NCBI GenBank assembly: GCA_022791395.1
Contig: JAAVZA010000019.1
Coordinates: forward strand, 40,952-104,951
DNA from: Clostridia bacterium
GTDB lineage: Bacteria > Bacillota > Clostridia > TANB77 > CAG-508
DNA: 64,000 bases
Direction: 5' to 3'
Positions 1 to 9,360 of the stretch are shown here, piece by piece. A program made the position numbers and the translations under genes. Each line of letters begins with the position of its first letter. Within the stretch, counting starts at the first letter, position 1. The notes beneath the pieces are model-generated. The model was not told the origin of the DNA. It worked only from the letters and a program-made list of their open reading frames with translations, and made no database searches.

Positions 1-43
1 TTTTGTATTTGTAATCACAAAACATGCAACATTCCAATTAGTA

Positions 44-586
44 TCAGTGTTTCCGTGCTCCAGATTCTATTTTAAAATCAGAAAACCACACTGTTCCTGT
101 ACAATTATCTTCATAACCTCCAAGTCTAAACCCTAATTTTACACTTGTTCTATTTTTAGAATTAAAAATAAACTCTAGTTTTTGCCAGTCACTTGTCCCA
201 GTAATACTTTTAGATTTTTCAACTGTATCCGCAATACTTATATGTGCTCCAGCATCTGATATTTCTTTTATAGTTTTTACATCTTCTGTTTTTATCATAC
301 AAGTTACCTTATAAGGTGTATTAGGTGTAACCTTTATTTCTTTATAAAACATTGCATCATTTTCTTCTTTTGAAGAAATTTTATAACTACTTTTATCTTG
401 GTATTTTATCTCACTATCTCTTATAAATTCTGAAGTATATGGCTTATATTCCATTCTTACAAAATCATTAAAATTGTTCTTTTGATATATATTATATAAT
501 TTATTGGAAACCCAAATTAAACATATAACAATTATGAGATATATTAGTCTACCTATAAATGATTTCTTACTCTTATCTTTTTCCAT
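44..586 (-). CDS. N-terminally membrane-anchored protein with beta-sandwich (carbohydrate-binding-like) region; probably continues past the window start
   Basis: 180-aa ORF with one N-terminal hydrophobic helix (LIYLIIVICLIWV). The 0-frame stops 3 codons after an in-frame CGG (53-55). The +1 frame (GGA AAC ACT GAT ...) stays open to base 1. Confidence 0.5.
   Translation of the reverse strand: MEKDKSKKSFIGRLIYLIIVICLIWVSNKLYNIYQKNNFNDFVRMEYKPYTSEFIRDSEIKYQDKSSYKISSKEENDAMFYKEIKVTPNTPYKVTCMIKTEDVKTIKEISDAGAHISIADTVEKSKSITGTSDWQKLEFIFNSKNRTSVKLGFRLGGYEDNCTGTVWFSDFKIESGARKH
53..55 (-). other. in-frame CGG, candidate +1 recoding site onto a Gly codon
   Basis: Coding strand reads GCA CGG AAA CAC TGA. 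Dropping the C gives GCA GGA AAC ACT GAT ACT AAT TGG ..., open to the window edge. Confidence 0.35.
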
Positions 587-733
587 ATTTTCTCCTATAA
601 AAAAAAGAATTTAGTAATATTATACTAGATTCTTTTAGCTTTCACAAGAGTATTTGAAGTTTATGTGATAATTTACAATGGTTTTATCATTGTTTTATAA
701 TAACACTTTTAATATTATTATTATTTATTATCT

Positions 734-1087
734 CTAATTTTCTTTTATATTTTCTATAATCTCTCTACAACTTTTCCAATCACTTATTTTTATAGTATCA
801 TATTCATATTGTAATCTTTTTAATATATTTAATGTATCATCCTTAGAATCTAAGTCTGCTACGATAATATTTTTTATGTACTCTTCTTTTCCATATAAAA
901 GCCTAAATAAAATACTTCTCATAAATCCTTCTATTTGTTTTTCCTGGTTTTTAACGGCAATAACAACATATATTCCATTACTTTTTAAATTTGTATATGA
1001 ACATATATATATTATAGTTTTAATAATTTCAAATAACCCATATAATGCTAATGTCCAAATAGTAGCATTTAATATAAAATCCCACAT
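734..1087 (-). CDS. hypothetical protein with N-terminal TM helix
   Basis: 117-aa ORF with a hydrophobic N-terminus (ATIWTLALYGLFEIIKTIIYI). No family recognised. Confidence 0.4.
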   Translation of the reverse strand: MWDFILNATIWTLALYGLFEIIKTIIYICSYTNLKSNGIYVVIAVKNQEKQIEGFMRSILFRLLYGKEEYIKNIIVADLDSKDDTLNILKRLQYEYDTIKISDWKSCREIIENIKEN

Positions 1088-1212
1088 AACTAATGCCTCC
1101 CACGCAATATAATATGAATTTTAATATGATTTTGTTAATAATTATGGTTTTTATTGTTATTTTTTAAAAAATATGTTATTATTATTACTACTTAATTTAA
1201 GGAGAATGTGAA

Positions 1213-2069
1213 ATGTTAGATGTTTTAATTGATACTTTGATTGATCGGAATTAAATTATTACCCTTTTTATTTATTGCATATTTAATAATGGAATATATA
1301 GAACATAAAACCAGCGATAAAACTAAACATATAATTAAAAATTCTGGAAGATTTGGCCCTCTTTTAGGTGGATTTTTAGGAGTGTTTCCTCAATGTGGAT
1401 TTTCAGCAATTGCTGCAAATTTGTATGCAGGAAGGATTATTACTTTGCGGAACATTAATTGCAATATTTTTATCTACCTCTGATGAAATGTTACCAATTC
1501 TAATTTCAGAAGCAGCACCAATTGATGTAATTTTAAAAATATTAGGAATAAAACTTATTATAGGAATAATAGCAGGATTTATAATAGATTTAGTTATAAA
1601 TTTAACAACTAAAAACACACAAGAAGAAAAAATAGGTGAAATATGTGAACACGAGCATTGCCATTGTGAAGAAGGAAGTATCTTAAAATCTTCTTTGAAA
1701 CATACTTTAAGCATATTTATATATATATTCATTGTATCACTAATATTAAATACTGTAATTCATTTTATTGGTGAGGACAACCTATCAAATTTAATACTTA
1801 ATAAACCAATTTCAGGTCCTGTTATTGCAAGCATAATTGGATTAATCCCAAATTGTGCCTCATCTGTAATTTTGACACAGCTATATTTATCTAATGTTAT
1901 AACTACTGCTACAATGATTTCTGGCTTATTAGTTGGTGCAGGTGTTGGAATATTAATTCTATTTAGAGTAAATAAAAATATAAAAGAAAATTCTAAAATT
2001 ATACTTTTACTTTACTTAATAGGTGTAATTGCCGGAATTACTTTACAGCTATGCGGTTTACAAATATAG
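1213..2069 (+). CDS. multi-pass permease (ArsP_2-like putative metal exporter family); needs +1 at two CGG codons
   Basis: ATG at 1213 follows GGAGAATG. Three consecutive reading frames join into MLDVLIDTLID-G-IKLLPFLF...NLYAGRIITL-G-TLIAIFLSTSDEMLPIL... when the C of CGG at 1246 and at 1448 is skipped. The family call rests on recalled similarity only. Confidence 0.65.
1246..1248 (+). other. in-frame CGG recoding site (+1 onto GGA)
   Basis: 0-frame reads GAT CGG AAT TAA. Skipping the C gives GAT GGA ATT AAA TTA TTA CCC = DGIKLLP, continuous with ORF 1241-1483. Confidence 0.7.
1448..1450 (+). other. in-frame CGG recoding site (+1 onto GGA)
   Basis: ACT TTG CGG AAC ATT ... stops 11 codons later. 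ACT TTG GGA ACA TTA ATT GCA = TLGTLIA is continuous with ORF 1395-2069. Confidence 0.7.
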
Positions 2070-2086
2070 GAAAACTATGTTATAAT
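2057..2086 (+). promoter_or_regulatory. sigma-A-type promoter (TTTACA-18-TGtTATAAT)
   Basis: TTTACA at 2057-2062, TATAAT at 2081-2086 with an upstream TG. Lies upstream of the small ORF at 2145. Confidence 0.45.
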
Positions 2087-2144
2087 AATTTACGTAACCA
2101 GCCTATCAAGGCTAAACTTTTCTTTCATCCATAAGGAGACTACT

Positions 2145-2360
2145 ATGAAAAACATCAAAAAAGAAAAGGTTCTTGCTTGGATATTAATAATATCCTTTGT
2201 TGTTGCTTTTGTCGGTCTACTCATATTCTCAGTATCCTGCTTTGTCGGTCCAACGATTGCTAATATCGGAGCAATTGTTTCTATAATGGCTGCTTTGGTT
2301 TTTGGATACGTTGTAGGATATATGGACGGCTTTAACAAAAGCAACGAGAAAAAGCGGTAA
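2145..2360 (+). CDS. small two-TM membrane protein (GC-elevated islet)
   Basis: 71-aa ORF with RBS AAGGAGA 7 nt upstream and two hydrophobic segments. Its last sense codon is an in-frame CGG (2355-2357). Confidence 0.45.
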   Translation: MKNIKKEKVLAWILIISFVVAFVGLLIFSVSCFVGPTIANIGAIVSIMAALVFGYVVGYMDGFNKSNEKKR

Positions 2361-2374
2361 CCCCGCTTTTTCTT
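2346..2374. terminator. bidirectional intrinsic terminator between convergent genes
   Basis: Stem AAAGCGG / CCGCTTT around a 5-nt loop, flanked by an A-run upstream and a T-run downstream. Confidence 0.6.
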
Positions 2375-2376
2375 GT

Positions 2377-3108
2377 TTATATTTCTAATATTTCTTTTGC
2401 CTTTTTTACATCTTCATCTGTCGCATTTGGAATATTCTCTAATTCATATTTATATCCCATTTGCTCCCATTTAAATTTTCCCATATCGTGATATTTTAGT
2501 ATTTCTACTTTTTCTACATTCGATAAAGATTTTATAAATTCTTTTAATTTTAATAAATCCTCTTTTTGATTTGTAAGGCCAGGAATTAATACTTGTCTAA
2601 TCCACATTGGTTTATTAATACTATTTAAATATCTTGCAAATTCTATTTCTTTTTCATTTGAAAAACCTACTAATTCTTTACATTTTTCACTATTTATATG
2701 CTTTATATCTAATAAAAATAAATCTGTAAGCGATATTAACTCTTTTACTTTATCTGTTATATCTACCATTCCAGAAGTATCAATCGCTGTATGTATTTCT
2801 AATTTTTTTAATTCTTTAAATAAAGTGATTAAAAACTCTACTTGTAATAAGGGCTCCCCACCAGATACTGTAACACCACCCTTTGATGCTTTAAAATATG
2901 TTATGTATTTTTCAATTTTATTTACAAGCTCTTTTATAGAAATAACCTCTCCTGCGTTTATATCCCAAGTATCTCTATTGTGGCAATATTTACATCTTAA
3001 ATGGCACCCTTGCATAAATACAACAAACCTTATTCCTGGTCCATCTACTGTTCCAAAGGTTTCAAAAGAATGAATATGTGCCATAGTAGTTTTATCAAAC
3101 TTTTCCAT
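2377..3108 (-). CDS. pflA: pyruvate formate-lyase activating enzyme (radical SAM)
   Basis: 243 aa with the CHLRCKYCHN CxxxCxxC cluster motif, immediately downstream of pflB. Confidence 0.95.
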   Translation of the reverse strand: MEKFDKTTMAHIHSFETFGTVDGPGIRFVVFMQGCHLRCKYCHNRDTWDINAGEVISIKELVNKIEKYITYFKASKGGVTVSGGEPLLQVEFLITLFKELKKLEIHTAIDTSGMVDITDKVKELISLTDLFLLDIKHINSEKCKELVGFSNEKEIEFARYLNSINKPMWIRQVLIPGLTNQKEDLLKLKEFIKSLSNVEKVEILKYHDMGKFKWEQMGYKYELENIPNATDEDVKKAKEILEI

Positions 3109-3186
3109 GTACTTCTCCCTATATTTATTCTAATTTATTTGTAGGGACAGTTCTTAAAATCTGCCCCTACATTTATATTTTAAACT

Positions 3187-5421
3187 CTAAATCTTCTCAT
3201 GTATTGTTCTATGAATTACATCCAATTGTTGTTCACGTGTTAATTTTGTAAAGTTAACAGCATATCCAGATACACGTATTGTTAATTGAGGATATTTTTC
3301 AGGATGTTCCATTGCATCTTCAAGTAAGGCTCTATCAAATACATTTACATTTATATGATGACCTTCTTGCATAAAGAATCCATCTAACATATTAACTAGG
3401 TTTGATACTTTTGTTTCTTCATCTTTTCCAAGAGTTCCTGGTGTAATTGAAAATGTATATGATATACCATCTTCTGAATATTCATATGGTAGTTTTGCAA
3501 TAGAGTTCATAACTGCAAGTGCTCCATTTGTATCTCTTCCGTGTATTGGGTTTGCACCTGGTCCAAAGGGTTCTCCTGCTCTACGTCCATCTGGTGTATT
3601 TCCTGTTGCTTTTCCATAAACAACATTTGATGTTATTGTTAAAATAGACATTGTTGTTTTTGAATTTCTATATGTGTTATATTTTTTTAGTTTTTTCATA
3701 AAGGTTTTTACAATTTCTACAGCAAGACTATCTACTCTGTCATCATCATTACCAAATTTAGGGAAGTCTCCTTCTATTTTGTAATCTACTGCTAAACCTG
3801 TTTCATCACGAATCACTTTTACTTTAGCATACTTAATAGCAGATAAAGAATCTGCAACTACTGATAATCCTGCAATTCCACAAGCCATTGTTCTTAATAT
3901 TTCTTTATCATGTAAAGCCATCTCAATTGCTTCATATGAATATTTGTCATGCATATAATGGATTGCATTTAATGCTTTTATATAAATTTTTGCTACATAA
4001 TCCATCATATTATCAAATTTTTCCATTACTTCATTATAATCTAAATATTCACTTTTAATAGGTTCAAATTTTGGTGTTACTTGTTTTCCGCTGTTTTCGT
4101 CTCTACCGCCATTAATAGCATAAAGAAGAGTTTTTGCAAGGTTAGCTCTTGCTCCAAAGAATTGCATTTGTTTTCCGATTCTCATTGCTGAAACACAACA
4201 AGCAATTCCATAATCATCTCCCCAAAATCTTCTCATTAGGTCATCATTTTCATATTGTATTGATGATGTCTTAATAGATAAATCTGCACAAAAGTCTTTA
4301 AATCCCTTTGGTAATCTTGTAGACCATAGAACTGTCATATTTGGTTCTGGTGCTGGTCCTAAGTTTACAAGTGTATACATCATTCTAAAGGTGTTTTTTG
4401 TAACTAAGGTTCTTCCATCAATTCCCATACCACCTAATGATTCTGTTACCCAAACAGGGTCACCACTAAATAGTTCATTATATTCTGGTGTTCTTAAAAA
4501 TCTTACAAGTCTTAATTTCATAACAAAATGATCCATTAATTCTTGTGCTTGTTCCTCTGTCAATGTACCATTTTTTAAATCTCTTTCTATATAAATATCT
4601 AAGAAAGTAGAGGTTCTACCAAGACTCATTGCTGCTCCATTTTGGTCTTTTACTGCTGCAAGATATGCAAAATACGTCCATTGTATTGCTTCTTTTGCAG
4701 TACTCGCTGGAGTTGAAATATCATAACCATATTTATTTGCCATTACTTTTAGTTGTTCTAATGCAAGTATTTGGTCGTGTATTTCTTCTCTATCACGTAT
4801 TACCTCTTCTGATAAGTAATCTACATTTAAGTTATCTAATTCCTCTTGTTTTTCTTTAATAAGTGCATCTACTCCATATAATGCAACTCTTCTGTAATCT
4901 CCTATAATTCTTCCACGTCCATATCCATCTGGAAGCCCTGTAATTAAATGCGAACTTCTAGCAGCACGAATATCTTTTGTATATACACTAAATACTCCAT
5001 CATTATGTGTTCTTCTTATACTATTAAATATTTTATCTACCTCTGGATCTACTGTTCTTCCATAGGCTTCACAAGATTTTTCTACAATTTTAATTCCACC
5101 AAATGGCATAATTGCTCTTTTTAATGGAGCATCTGTTTGAAGTCCAACTATTTCTTCTAAATCTTTATTTATATATCCTGCTTCATGTGCAGAAATTCCT
5201 GAAATAGTTTTAGTATCTATGTCTAATACTCCACCATTATCTTTTTCAATTTTATATAGTTCTAATACTGTTTCCCATAATTTTTTTGTGTTTTCACTTG
5301 GTCCTTTTAAGAATTCTTTTCCACCTTCATATGGTGTATAATTCTCTTGAATGAAACTCCTAACGTCTATTTCTTCTTTCCATTTTCCTTTTTTAAAACC
5401 TTCCCATTCTTTAAATTCCAT
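3187..5421 (-). CDS. pflB: formate C-acetyltransferase (pyruvate formate-lyase)
   Basis: 744 aa with active-site ACCVS and the C-terminal glycyl-radical motif RVSGYAV. Confidence 0.97.
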   Translation of the reverse strand: MEFKEWEGFKKGKWKEEIDVRSFIQENYTPYEGGKEFLKGPSENTKKLWETVLELYKIEKDNGGVLDIDTKTISGISAHEAGYINKDLEEIVGLQTDAPLKRAIMPFGGIKIVEKSCEAYGRTVDPEVDKIFNSIRRTHNDGVFSVYTKDIRAARSSHLITGLPDGYGRGRIIGDYRRVALYGVDALIKEKQEELDNLNVDYLSEEVIRDREEIHDQILALEQLKVMANKYGYDISTPASTAKEAIQWTYFAYLAAVKDQNGAAMSLGRTSTFLDIYIERDLKNGTLTEEQAQELMDHFVMKLRLVRFLRTPEYNELFSGDPVWVTESLGGMGIDGRTLVTKNTFRMMYTLVNLGPAPEPNMTVLWSTRLPKGFKDFCADLSIKTSSIQYENDDLMRRFWGDDYGIACCVSAMRIGKQMQFFGARANLAKTLLYAINGGRDENSGKQVTPKFEPIKSEYLDYNEVMEKFDNMMDYVAKIYIKALNAIHYMHDKYSYEAIEMALHDKEILRTMACGIAGLSVVADSLSAIKYAKVKVIRDETGLAVDYKIEGDFPKFGNDDDRVDSLAVEIVKTFMKKLKKYNTYRNSKTTMSILTITSNVVYGKATGNTPDGRRAGEPFGPGANPIHGRDTNGALAVMNSIAKLPYEYSEDGISYTFSITPGTLGKDEETKVSNLVNMLDGFFMQEGHHINVNVFDRALLEDAMEHPEKYPQLTIRVSGYAVNFTKLTREQQLDVIHRTIHEKI

Positions 5422-5478
5422 AAAAACCTCCTAAAATTTATCATTACCTATAATTCATAATAACATAAGAAAATTCTT

Positions 5479-6336
5479 TTAGCAATACAATATTTCTTTT
5501 ATTTTATCTAAATTTTGTATTACACAATCATAACCATATTTGTAACAACTATCTAGCTTTTTTGTATCTAATAATCCAACTTTGTCTGTGTATACATTTA
5601 ATACAAGATCACTCATTTCAAGGCTTTCTTCTGATATTTTACTTCCCATTATATCTATTGTTTTCATTACAATATCCATTATATTACTGTCTTTGGTAAT
5701 AGGGTCTGCATCAAATTTTACAGCTATTACTTTATCTGCTCCCTGTTTTTTTACTTCATATACTGGAACATTATCGAGTGCCCCTCCATCCATAAATGCA
5801 TGTTCTTTAAATTCACAAGGTGTAAAAACAGCCGGAAAACTGCTACTTGCTCTTACTGCTTTTCCTACTGTTATATCTGTAATATATTGTTCTTTATTTT
5901 CTTCGTTTTCAGGTATTTTATTTGTTATTACATATTCTTTAGAATTTGTAATATCTACTGTTGGAATTACAATTGGCATTGTTATTTGGCTAATCTTTCT
6001 AATTCCTTTTTTATAAGCTATTTTATTATATATTGTTTCAATATTTTTTCCTGATTTTAAACCTTTAAATGCACTTTTTTTATTAATCATAAAATTACCA
6101 ATTCCAGATATTATTGGTCCTGAATTTATTTGTACTAATTCCTCCGAATATCTTTTAAATAATATGTATATATAATAAGGTGAATATCCCATAGCATACA
6201 AACTTGCAATCAAGCTTCCAGCACTAGTTCCTCCTATTATATCAATTTTAATATTATTATCTTCTAATGCTTTTAATACCCCTGCATGAGCTATCCCTCT
6301 AATTCCCCCACCAGATAATGCAATTCCTAATTTCAT
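5479..6336 (-). CDS. patatin-like phospholipase
   Basis: GGGIRG oxyanion motif, GTSAG (GxSxG) nucleophile and a DGG catalytic Asp motif. Confidence 0.85.
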   Translation of the reverse strand: MKLGIALSGGGIRGIAHAGVLKALEDNNIKIDIIGGTSAGSLIASLYAMGYSPYYIYILFKRYSEELVQINSGPIISGIGNFMINKKSAFKGLKSGKNIETIYNKIAYKKGIRKISQITMPIVIPTVDITNSKEYVITNKIPENEENKEQYITDITVGKAVRASSSFPAVFTPCEFKEHAFMDGGALDNVPVYEVKKQGADKVIAVKFDADPITKDSNIMDIVMKTIDIMGSKISEESLEMSDLVLNVYTDKVGLLDTKKLDSCYKYGYDCVIQNLDKIKEILYC

Positions 6337-6443
6337 TTTATCACCTACTTTTATATTATGGTAATAGTATTTCCTATTTATTATATGTTTAAACGGGTTT
6401 TTGTGATAAAACTAAAAGCACCAGTTATATACTGATGCTCTAT

Positions 6444-6710
6444 TTATATTTTTTCATAATGCGACCAAAAGCTAATGATTCTTATAATTTTTTCTTGCTC
6501 AAATACTTGGTAAACTAATCTATGTTGTATGTTAATTCTTCTTGAATATGCTCCTTGTAAATCCCCTACCAATTTTTCATATGGTGGTGGATTTTGAAAT
6601 GGATTTTCTTTTATTAAATTAATTAAACTTTTTATTTTGCCATCAATCCCAATTGATTTTGCTTTTGGTATATCTTTTATAGCTTTTTTTCTATATACTA
6701 TTTTGTACAA
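6444..6710 (-). CDS. yoeB: YoeB/Txe-family toxin (type II TA)
   Basis: 88 aa. The RRINIQHRLVY...H.Y pattern is typical of YoeB, and it directly abuts an upstream Phd/YefM-like gene. Confidence 0.85.
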   Translation of the reverse strand: MYKIVYRKKAIKDIPKAKSIGIDGKIKSLINLIKENPFQNPPPYEKLVGDLQGAYSRRINIQHRLVYQVFEQEKIIRIISFWSHYEKI

Positions 6711-6959
6711 TTACCATTCCACCTCATTTTCGCTTATAGCATCTTCTAATGGCTCTTTTAATCCTTCAATAATATCTTCCTTTAACCCTGGTATAGATGA
6801 AATATATAATGTTTCCATTAAATTATTATAATCCTCCTCTGATAAAACAACAGCATTTCCATTTTTAGTTGAAATGTTTATTGGTTCATTAAATTTTATT
6901 GTTTGCTCCAATAACTCATATATATCTTTTCTAAAATTTGTAATATTTATGTTCGTCAT
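6711..6959 (-). CDS. yefM: YefM/Phd-family antitoxin (type II TA)
   Basis: 82 aa with a Phd/YefM-like N-terminus (NITNFRKDIYELLEQ...). Its stop is adjacent to the toxin start. Confidence 0.85.
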   Translation of the reverse strand: MTNINITNFRKDIYELLEQTIKFNEPINISTKNGNAVVLSEEDYNNLMETLYISSIPGLKEDIIEGLKEPLEDAISENEVEW

Positions 6960-7082
6960 AAAACTTCCCCCTTATATAAATATAACATGCGTTTTTACGT
7001 ACGTCAAGTGTTTTTTCATATTCTTTACTATTTTACGATTTTATGCTATAATATATACATAATTTAAGCTTAGAGGTGTTTT

Positions 7083-7250
7083 ATGTTTAAGTATGATGGT
7101 TATATAGTAATTCTTTCAAATTCCTTACGGAAGATAGTTTCTGATTTATTAAATGAAGAAAATTATTCTGGAGAAAAAGTCGAAGTTGAGCCTCCTATTA
7201 GGAGATACTCTAAGTACTATAAGAAATATACGAAATACATTAAGCACTAA
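7083..7250 (+). CDS. doubtful 55-aa ORF containing an in-frame CGG that does not need a shift
   Basis: ATG preceded by AGAGGTG, and ends before the shared terminator at 7287-7326. CGG at 7128-7130 is in frame, and the +1 frame stops after 2 codons. No homology recognised. Confidence 0.25.
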   Translation: MFKYDGYIVILSNSLRKIVSDLLNEENYSGEKVEVEPPIRRYSKYYKKYTKYIKH

Positions 7251-7286
7251 TAGTAATTCCTAAAGCTTTATTGGGGATTTTCTTTT

Positions 7287-7326
7287 AAAAAATGCTGTAC
7301 TCATTAACTTTGAGTACAGCATTTTT
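7287..7326. terminator. bidirectional intrinsic terminator (rpsR 3' end)
   Basis: AAAAAATGCTGTACTCA / TGAGTACAGCATTTTT stem with A and T runs on both sides. Confidence 0.7.
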
Positions 7327-7332
7327 ATTTAA

Positions 7333-7623
7333 TTAATTTTCAGCGTATGGTAACATAGCAATATGTCTACATCTTTTTACAGCAAGTGTAATATCTCTTT
7401 GATGTTTTGCACATGCTCCTGTTGCTCTTCTTGGTAATATTTTACCTTTTTCATTAATGAATTTTTTTAATTGGTCTGGATTTTTATAATCTAAAACGAA
7501 TTCTTTGTCACTGCATAGTGTACAAACTTTCTTTCTCATTTTTCTAAATTTTGGATTAAAATCTTCATCACCATTATTATTCATTCTATTATTTCTTCTA
7601 TTATTTTGCTTTTTATCAGCCAT
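7333..7623 (-). CDS. rpsR: 30S ribosomal protein S18 (with N-terminal Asn/Arg-rich extension)
   Basis: Conserved C-terminal S18 core ([32 protein letters not shown]) in the rpsF-ssb-rpsR arrangement. Confidence 0.95.
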   Translation of the reverse strand: MADKKQNNRRNNRMNNNGDEDFNPKFRKMRKKVCTLCSDKEFVLDYKNPDQLKKFINEKGKILPRRATGACAKHQRDITLAVKRCRHIAMLPYAEN

Positions 7624-7650
7624 TTTATAAATTCCCCCCTAACTATTATC

Positions 7651-8073
7651 TTAGAATGGTAGGTCATCATTTGAAGAAATTTCAAATTCTGGACTAGATG
7701 AAGCTACACTTCCAAAAGTGTTTTCAAAACTTCCTGAAGAAGTATCTCCATCACGTTTGCTATCTGCAAAATATGCTTCTTCTGCAACAACTTCTGTTAC
7801 ATAGTGTTTTTGTCCTTGTTCATCATCCCAAGTTCTCGTTTGAATTCTTCCAATAATTCCTACTTGTTGACCTTTTTTAAAGTATTTACTACAAAATTCT
7901 CCTGTTTTACTCCAAGCAACTACGTTTATAAAGTCTGCTTGTCTTTCTTCACCTTGTTTTGTAAATCTTCTATTTACTGCAAGTGAAAAACTTGCAACTA
8001 ATGTATTTGTATTTTGAGTATATCTTACTTCTGGATCTTTTGTTAATCTTCCCATTAAAATTACTTTGTTCAT
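7651..8073 (-). CDS. ssb: single-stranded DNA-binding protein
   Basis: OB-fold N-terminus MNKVILMGRLTKDPE and an acidic C-terminal DDLPF tip. Confidence 0.95.
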   Translation of the reverse strand: MNKVILMGRLTKDPEVRYTQNTNTLVASFSLAVNRRFTKQGEERQADFINVVAWSKTGEFCSKYFKKGQQVGIIGRIQTRTWDDEQGQKHYVTEVVAEEAYFADSKRDGDTSSGSFENTFGSVASSSPEFEISSNDDLPF

Positions 8074-8156
8074 ATTTTTTACCTCTTACCTTTCCAAGGT
8101 TTCCTATAAAATAGATTTACTATTTTATTTTAATTTTGTAAATAAATTTTTTCTAA

Positions 8157-8441
8157 TTAATCTTCTTTTCTTACAACTATGAATTTTATTACTTCATCTG
8201 TAATTCTGTAATTTCTTTCTAATTCTGCAATAAGAGTTGGTTTAGCTTCGAAATTGAATACTACATAGTATCCTTCTTTATTTTTCTTTACTTCATAAGC
8301 TAATTTTCTTTTTCCAAGCTCATCAACAGATTCTACTTTTCCTTCAGTATTAATCAAGTCAGAGAATTTGTTTATAAGGTTTTTAATTCCTTCTTCCTCA
8401 ACAACTGGACTAATAATGATAACACTTTCGTATTTATTCAT
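8157..8441 (-). CDS. rpsF: 30S ribosomal protein S6
   Basis: MNKYESVIII... S6 signature. Start trimmed to the ATG 8 nt after GGAGG. Confidence 0.95.
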   Translation of the reverse strand: MNKYESVIIISPVVEEEGIKNLINKFSDLINTEGKVESVDELGKRKLAYEVKKNKEGYYVVFNFEAKPTLIAELERNYRITDEVIKFIVVRKED

Positions 8442-8648
8442 TATATTCACCTCCTTATGGATAAATAACCCACACTTCCCTTAGTATGAGTAAGGAAAAA
8501 AGCAAAGCTTTTTTTCTAGACTTTGCTATTTTACCATATATCACCACTTTTTGCAAGTGTTTTTAAAAAATCACTTGCAATTTTGTTTTTTATATGTTAG
8601 AATATTATGCGTTAAGTTTAGTTTTACATTTAAGGAGGTGCAATATAA

Positions 8649-8915
8649 ATGCCAAATATTAAATCAGCTATAAAAAGAGTAAGTGTTATTGAAAAGAAAA
8701 CATTAAGAAATAATATGATAAAATCTGGTTACAGAACTGCTGTTAGAAAGTTTGAAGAAGCTGTTGAAGCAGGTGATGTAAAAAATGCTGAAACTTTATT
8801 TGTAGAAGCTACTAAAAAAATAGATATGGCTTGTACAAAAGGAGTTATCGTTAAAAATACAGCTGCTAGAAAAAAATCTAGATTAGCTAAAAAATTAAAT
8901 GCTGTAAAAGCATAG
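8649..8915 (+). CDS. rpsT: 30S ribosomal protein S20
   Basis: [11 protein letters not shown]... S20 signature with an AGGAGG RBS. Confidence 0.95.
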   Translation: MPNIKSAIKRVSVIEKKTLRNNMIKSGYRTAVRKFEEAVEAGDVKNAETLFVEATKKIDMACTKGVIVKNTAARKKSRLAKKLNAVKA

Positions 8916-8943
8916 ATAAAAAATTATGCATAGTTTTTTATTT

Positions 8944-8972
8944 GGAAGATTACTAAGGTAATCTTCTTTTTG
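8944..8972 (+). terminator. intrinsic terminator of rpsT
   Basis: GAAGATTAC-TAAG-GTAATCTTC stem-loop followed by TTTTT. Confidence 0.7.
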
Positions 8973-9033
8973 TTATCCATAAATTACCTTTGATTTTACT
9001 TTTCTAACATGTTATTATTATTTATAGATATAT

Positions 9034-9303
9034 ATGAAAAGAGGTATACTTATGATGAAATTAATTATAGACAAATTTAATTCTATGGAGGAAAAGACAA
9101 AAAAGATATTAAAATATGGAATTTATTTTTCTGTTTTTGTGTGTGCGATTTCTGTATTTATTTTACTTGCATATCACTTTAATCCATCACCTAATCTATT
9201 TTACATAGGTCTTGAAGTTTTTAAATTAGGGTTGTTCTTTATAGTAGAATTTATAATCTGTGCAATTGCAATTGATACTATTAAAAGACAAGTTAACATC
9301 TAG
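9034..9303 (+). CDS. small membrane protein
   Basis: 89-aa ORF with two hydrophobic helices. No family recognised. Confidence 0.4.
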   Translation: MKRGILMMKLIIDKFNSMEEKTKKILKYGIYFSVFVCAISVFILLAYHFNPSPNLFYIGLEVFKLGLFFIVEFIICAIAIDTIKRQVNI

Positions 9304-9324
9304 TTGAACTAAATATAGTTTTAA

Positions 9325-9352
9325 AAAGTGCCACCAGCATTATACTGGTGGC
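9325..9352 (-). terminator. intrinsic terminator after gatB
   Basis: GCCACCAG / CTGGTGGC stem. The T-run (ACTTTTT) is on the minus strand. Confidence 0.6.
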
Positions 9353-9360
9353 GTTTCATC

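Noticed and set aside
8451-8648. Possible S6:S18-binding rpsF leader RNA and palindromes (AGCAAAG/CTTTGCT, TTGCAAGTG/CACTTGCAA) in the rpsF-rpsT divergent region
   Set aside because: The hairpins are visible, but I cannot verify the leader motif consensus from memory. It is not reported as a feature.
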